Of a stretch of 64,000 nt of DNA, positions 62,903-64,000 are shown piece after piece. This stretch comes from Seison nebaliae (taxonomy: Eukaryota). The position numbers and the translations under genes are program-made. Positions within the stretch are counted from its first letter, which is position 1. Every line of letters begins with the position of its first letter. The notes beneath the pieces were generated by a model. The model did not search any database. It was given only the letters and a program-made list of their open reading frames with translations, and was not told the DNA's origin. The stretch is taken from assembly GCA_023231475.1 (NCBI GenBank), contig JALJEE010002072.1:1-64000 (forward strand), given 5' to 3'.

Positions 62903-63553
62903 TCATTTTCTGTTAGTTGATCGTCGTGTCATGATTCGTCGAGGTGAAGACGTTTTTTTCGAAATCCTTTTAACTGGAGCTGATTTTCGCAATAAAACTT
63001 TCTCCCGAATTGTACGAATTGGGATCGGCTTTACTGACACTGTACATGGGTCATTCCATTTATTGATTTCATTCTTATTGATACTTCTCTCTTTAGTACC
63101 TTTGGATTTCATGAGATAAATAATTCCATCATCGATCTCATTATCTGATCGAGATCTGGAACGTAATTTCATTGTAAAAGAATTGACAGCATTATCTCGT
63201 CTTTCCTTTCTCTGCAAACGACAATTTAGAAAGATTCAATGAATAAAATTGAAAAAACGTTTTGTATTTTCTCTTTTCGAACTTTCTTCTGTTCGTCTTG
63301 TGCTTTCTTCAATTTTGATAATCTTTTCATTTGTTTATTTTTCCCTTGATGAATATCATTAAGAAATTTACTGAAAAAGAGATGAAAAAATGGAATAATG
63401 GAAAGAAGGTGAGGGGAACTTTCTTTCATTCAAATCGAATTTTACAACTTTCTTTCTTGCTAAAGATTTTGGCTTTCGGAGAGATGATCTTTTTGAATTA
63501 GCGCTACGTTTCGCTGTTGATCTTAAATAAGAAATGCTGCTTCGTGTTTTCAT
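62903..63553 (-). CDS. Small highly basic R/K/S-rich protein of unknown function, 3 exons
   Basis: ORFs 63368-63553, 63226-63429 and 62903-63217 join in phase via introns ~63371-63419 and ~63213-63258. Confidence 0.65.
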
Positions 63554-63746
63554 TGTGATGAGGATTTGAAATAAGAAATCAATTCTATTGAAGGATAATT
63601 TAATGTAAATGAACGAAAAGGAATCTGTTTAAAAATAAAATGAAAGAAAATGAAATTTCTAATGAAATTTTAATAAAAGAATAAAGATTTCTCTAAAAAA
63701 TTGATGATAATTTTAAATAATTGTTTAATATGTTGACGACACGTTG

Positions 63747-64000
63747 TTAGTCGAATTTGACAGCTCCGTAAATCTTTTTCACGAATACATAAGAACTGTA
63801 GAATCCGACTGTTCCACAGAAAACAGCAAATGTGAAACTGGCTAGGAAAGTGTAGGAGAAATAGATGAGAGATGAAACGAATCCAGTAATCTGTAACTGA
63901 AGGAAGGTGAAGGGAATTAGGAGATATTGAAATTTGAAGAAAAGAGAAACTTTATTGATGAAGTAGAAGATGGAATAGAGGAACATGTAAATTGCAACAC
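63747..64000 (-). CDS. Transmembrane 9 superfamily (nonaspanin, TM9SF2/4-like), 3' end only
   Basis: LQITGFVSSLIYFSYT...GTVGFYSSYVFVKKIYGAVKFD* with the terminal KxD motif. The gene continues beyond the window. Confidence 0.9.
   Translation of the reverse strand, partial: VAIYMFLYSIFYFINKVSLFFKFQYLLIPFTFLQLQITGFVSSLIYFSYTFLASFTFAVFCGTVGFYSSYVFVKKIYGAVKFD

Noticed and set aside
1..64000. Alternative genetic code or stop-codon readthrough
   Set aside because: Conserved genes translate cleanly with the standard code, and TAA, TAG and TGA all serve as terminators. The only in-frame stop at a conserved position is in a decayed transposase.

Overview
AT-rich, gene-dense eukaryotic DNA, evidently animal (Smad, plakin, SIAH), with very short introns (about 45-67 nt) and several huge single exons. 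There is no sign of a prokaryotic system, rRNA, tRNA or CRISPR array. I reconstructed about 17 protein-coding genes by eye: a plectin-repeat plakin, a STYXL1-like pseudophosphatase, an R-Smad, an EF-hand protein, a 3227-aa probable Virilizer/VIRMA, SIAH, LSM8, SDHB, a BTB-BACK protein, a split METTL7/TMT1-like methyltransferase, a taperin-like protein, a kinase-only ULK4, cyclin C, a 61-aa membrane microprotein, SRSF10/12, a large secreted repeat/discoidin-like protein, a basic R/K/S-rich protein, and the 3' end of a TM9SF. Mobile DNA comprises two Tc1-type DD34E remnants, one joined to a decayed FLYWCH-MULE transposase, plus 30-bp-period repeat arrays at the left edge. The most striking cross-gene signal is that about 27 of 30 homology-anchored introns begin GTT rather than GTR. 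Conserved proteins also repeatedly carry large low-complexity insertions or extensions. All family assignments come from remembered motifs, not database searches, and splice junctions are manual predictions.
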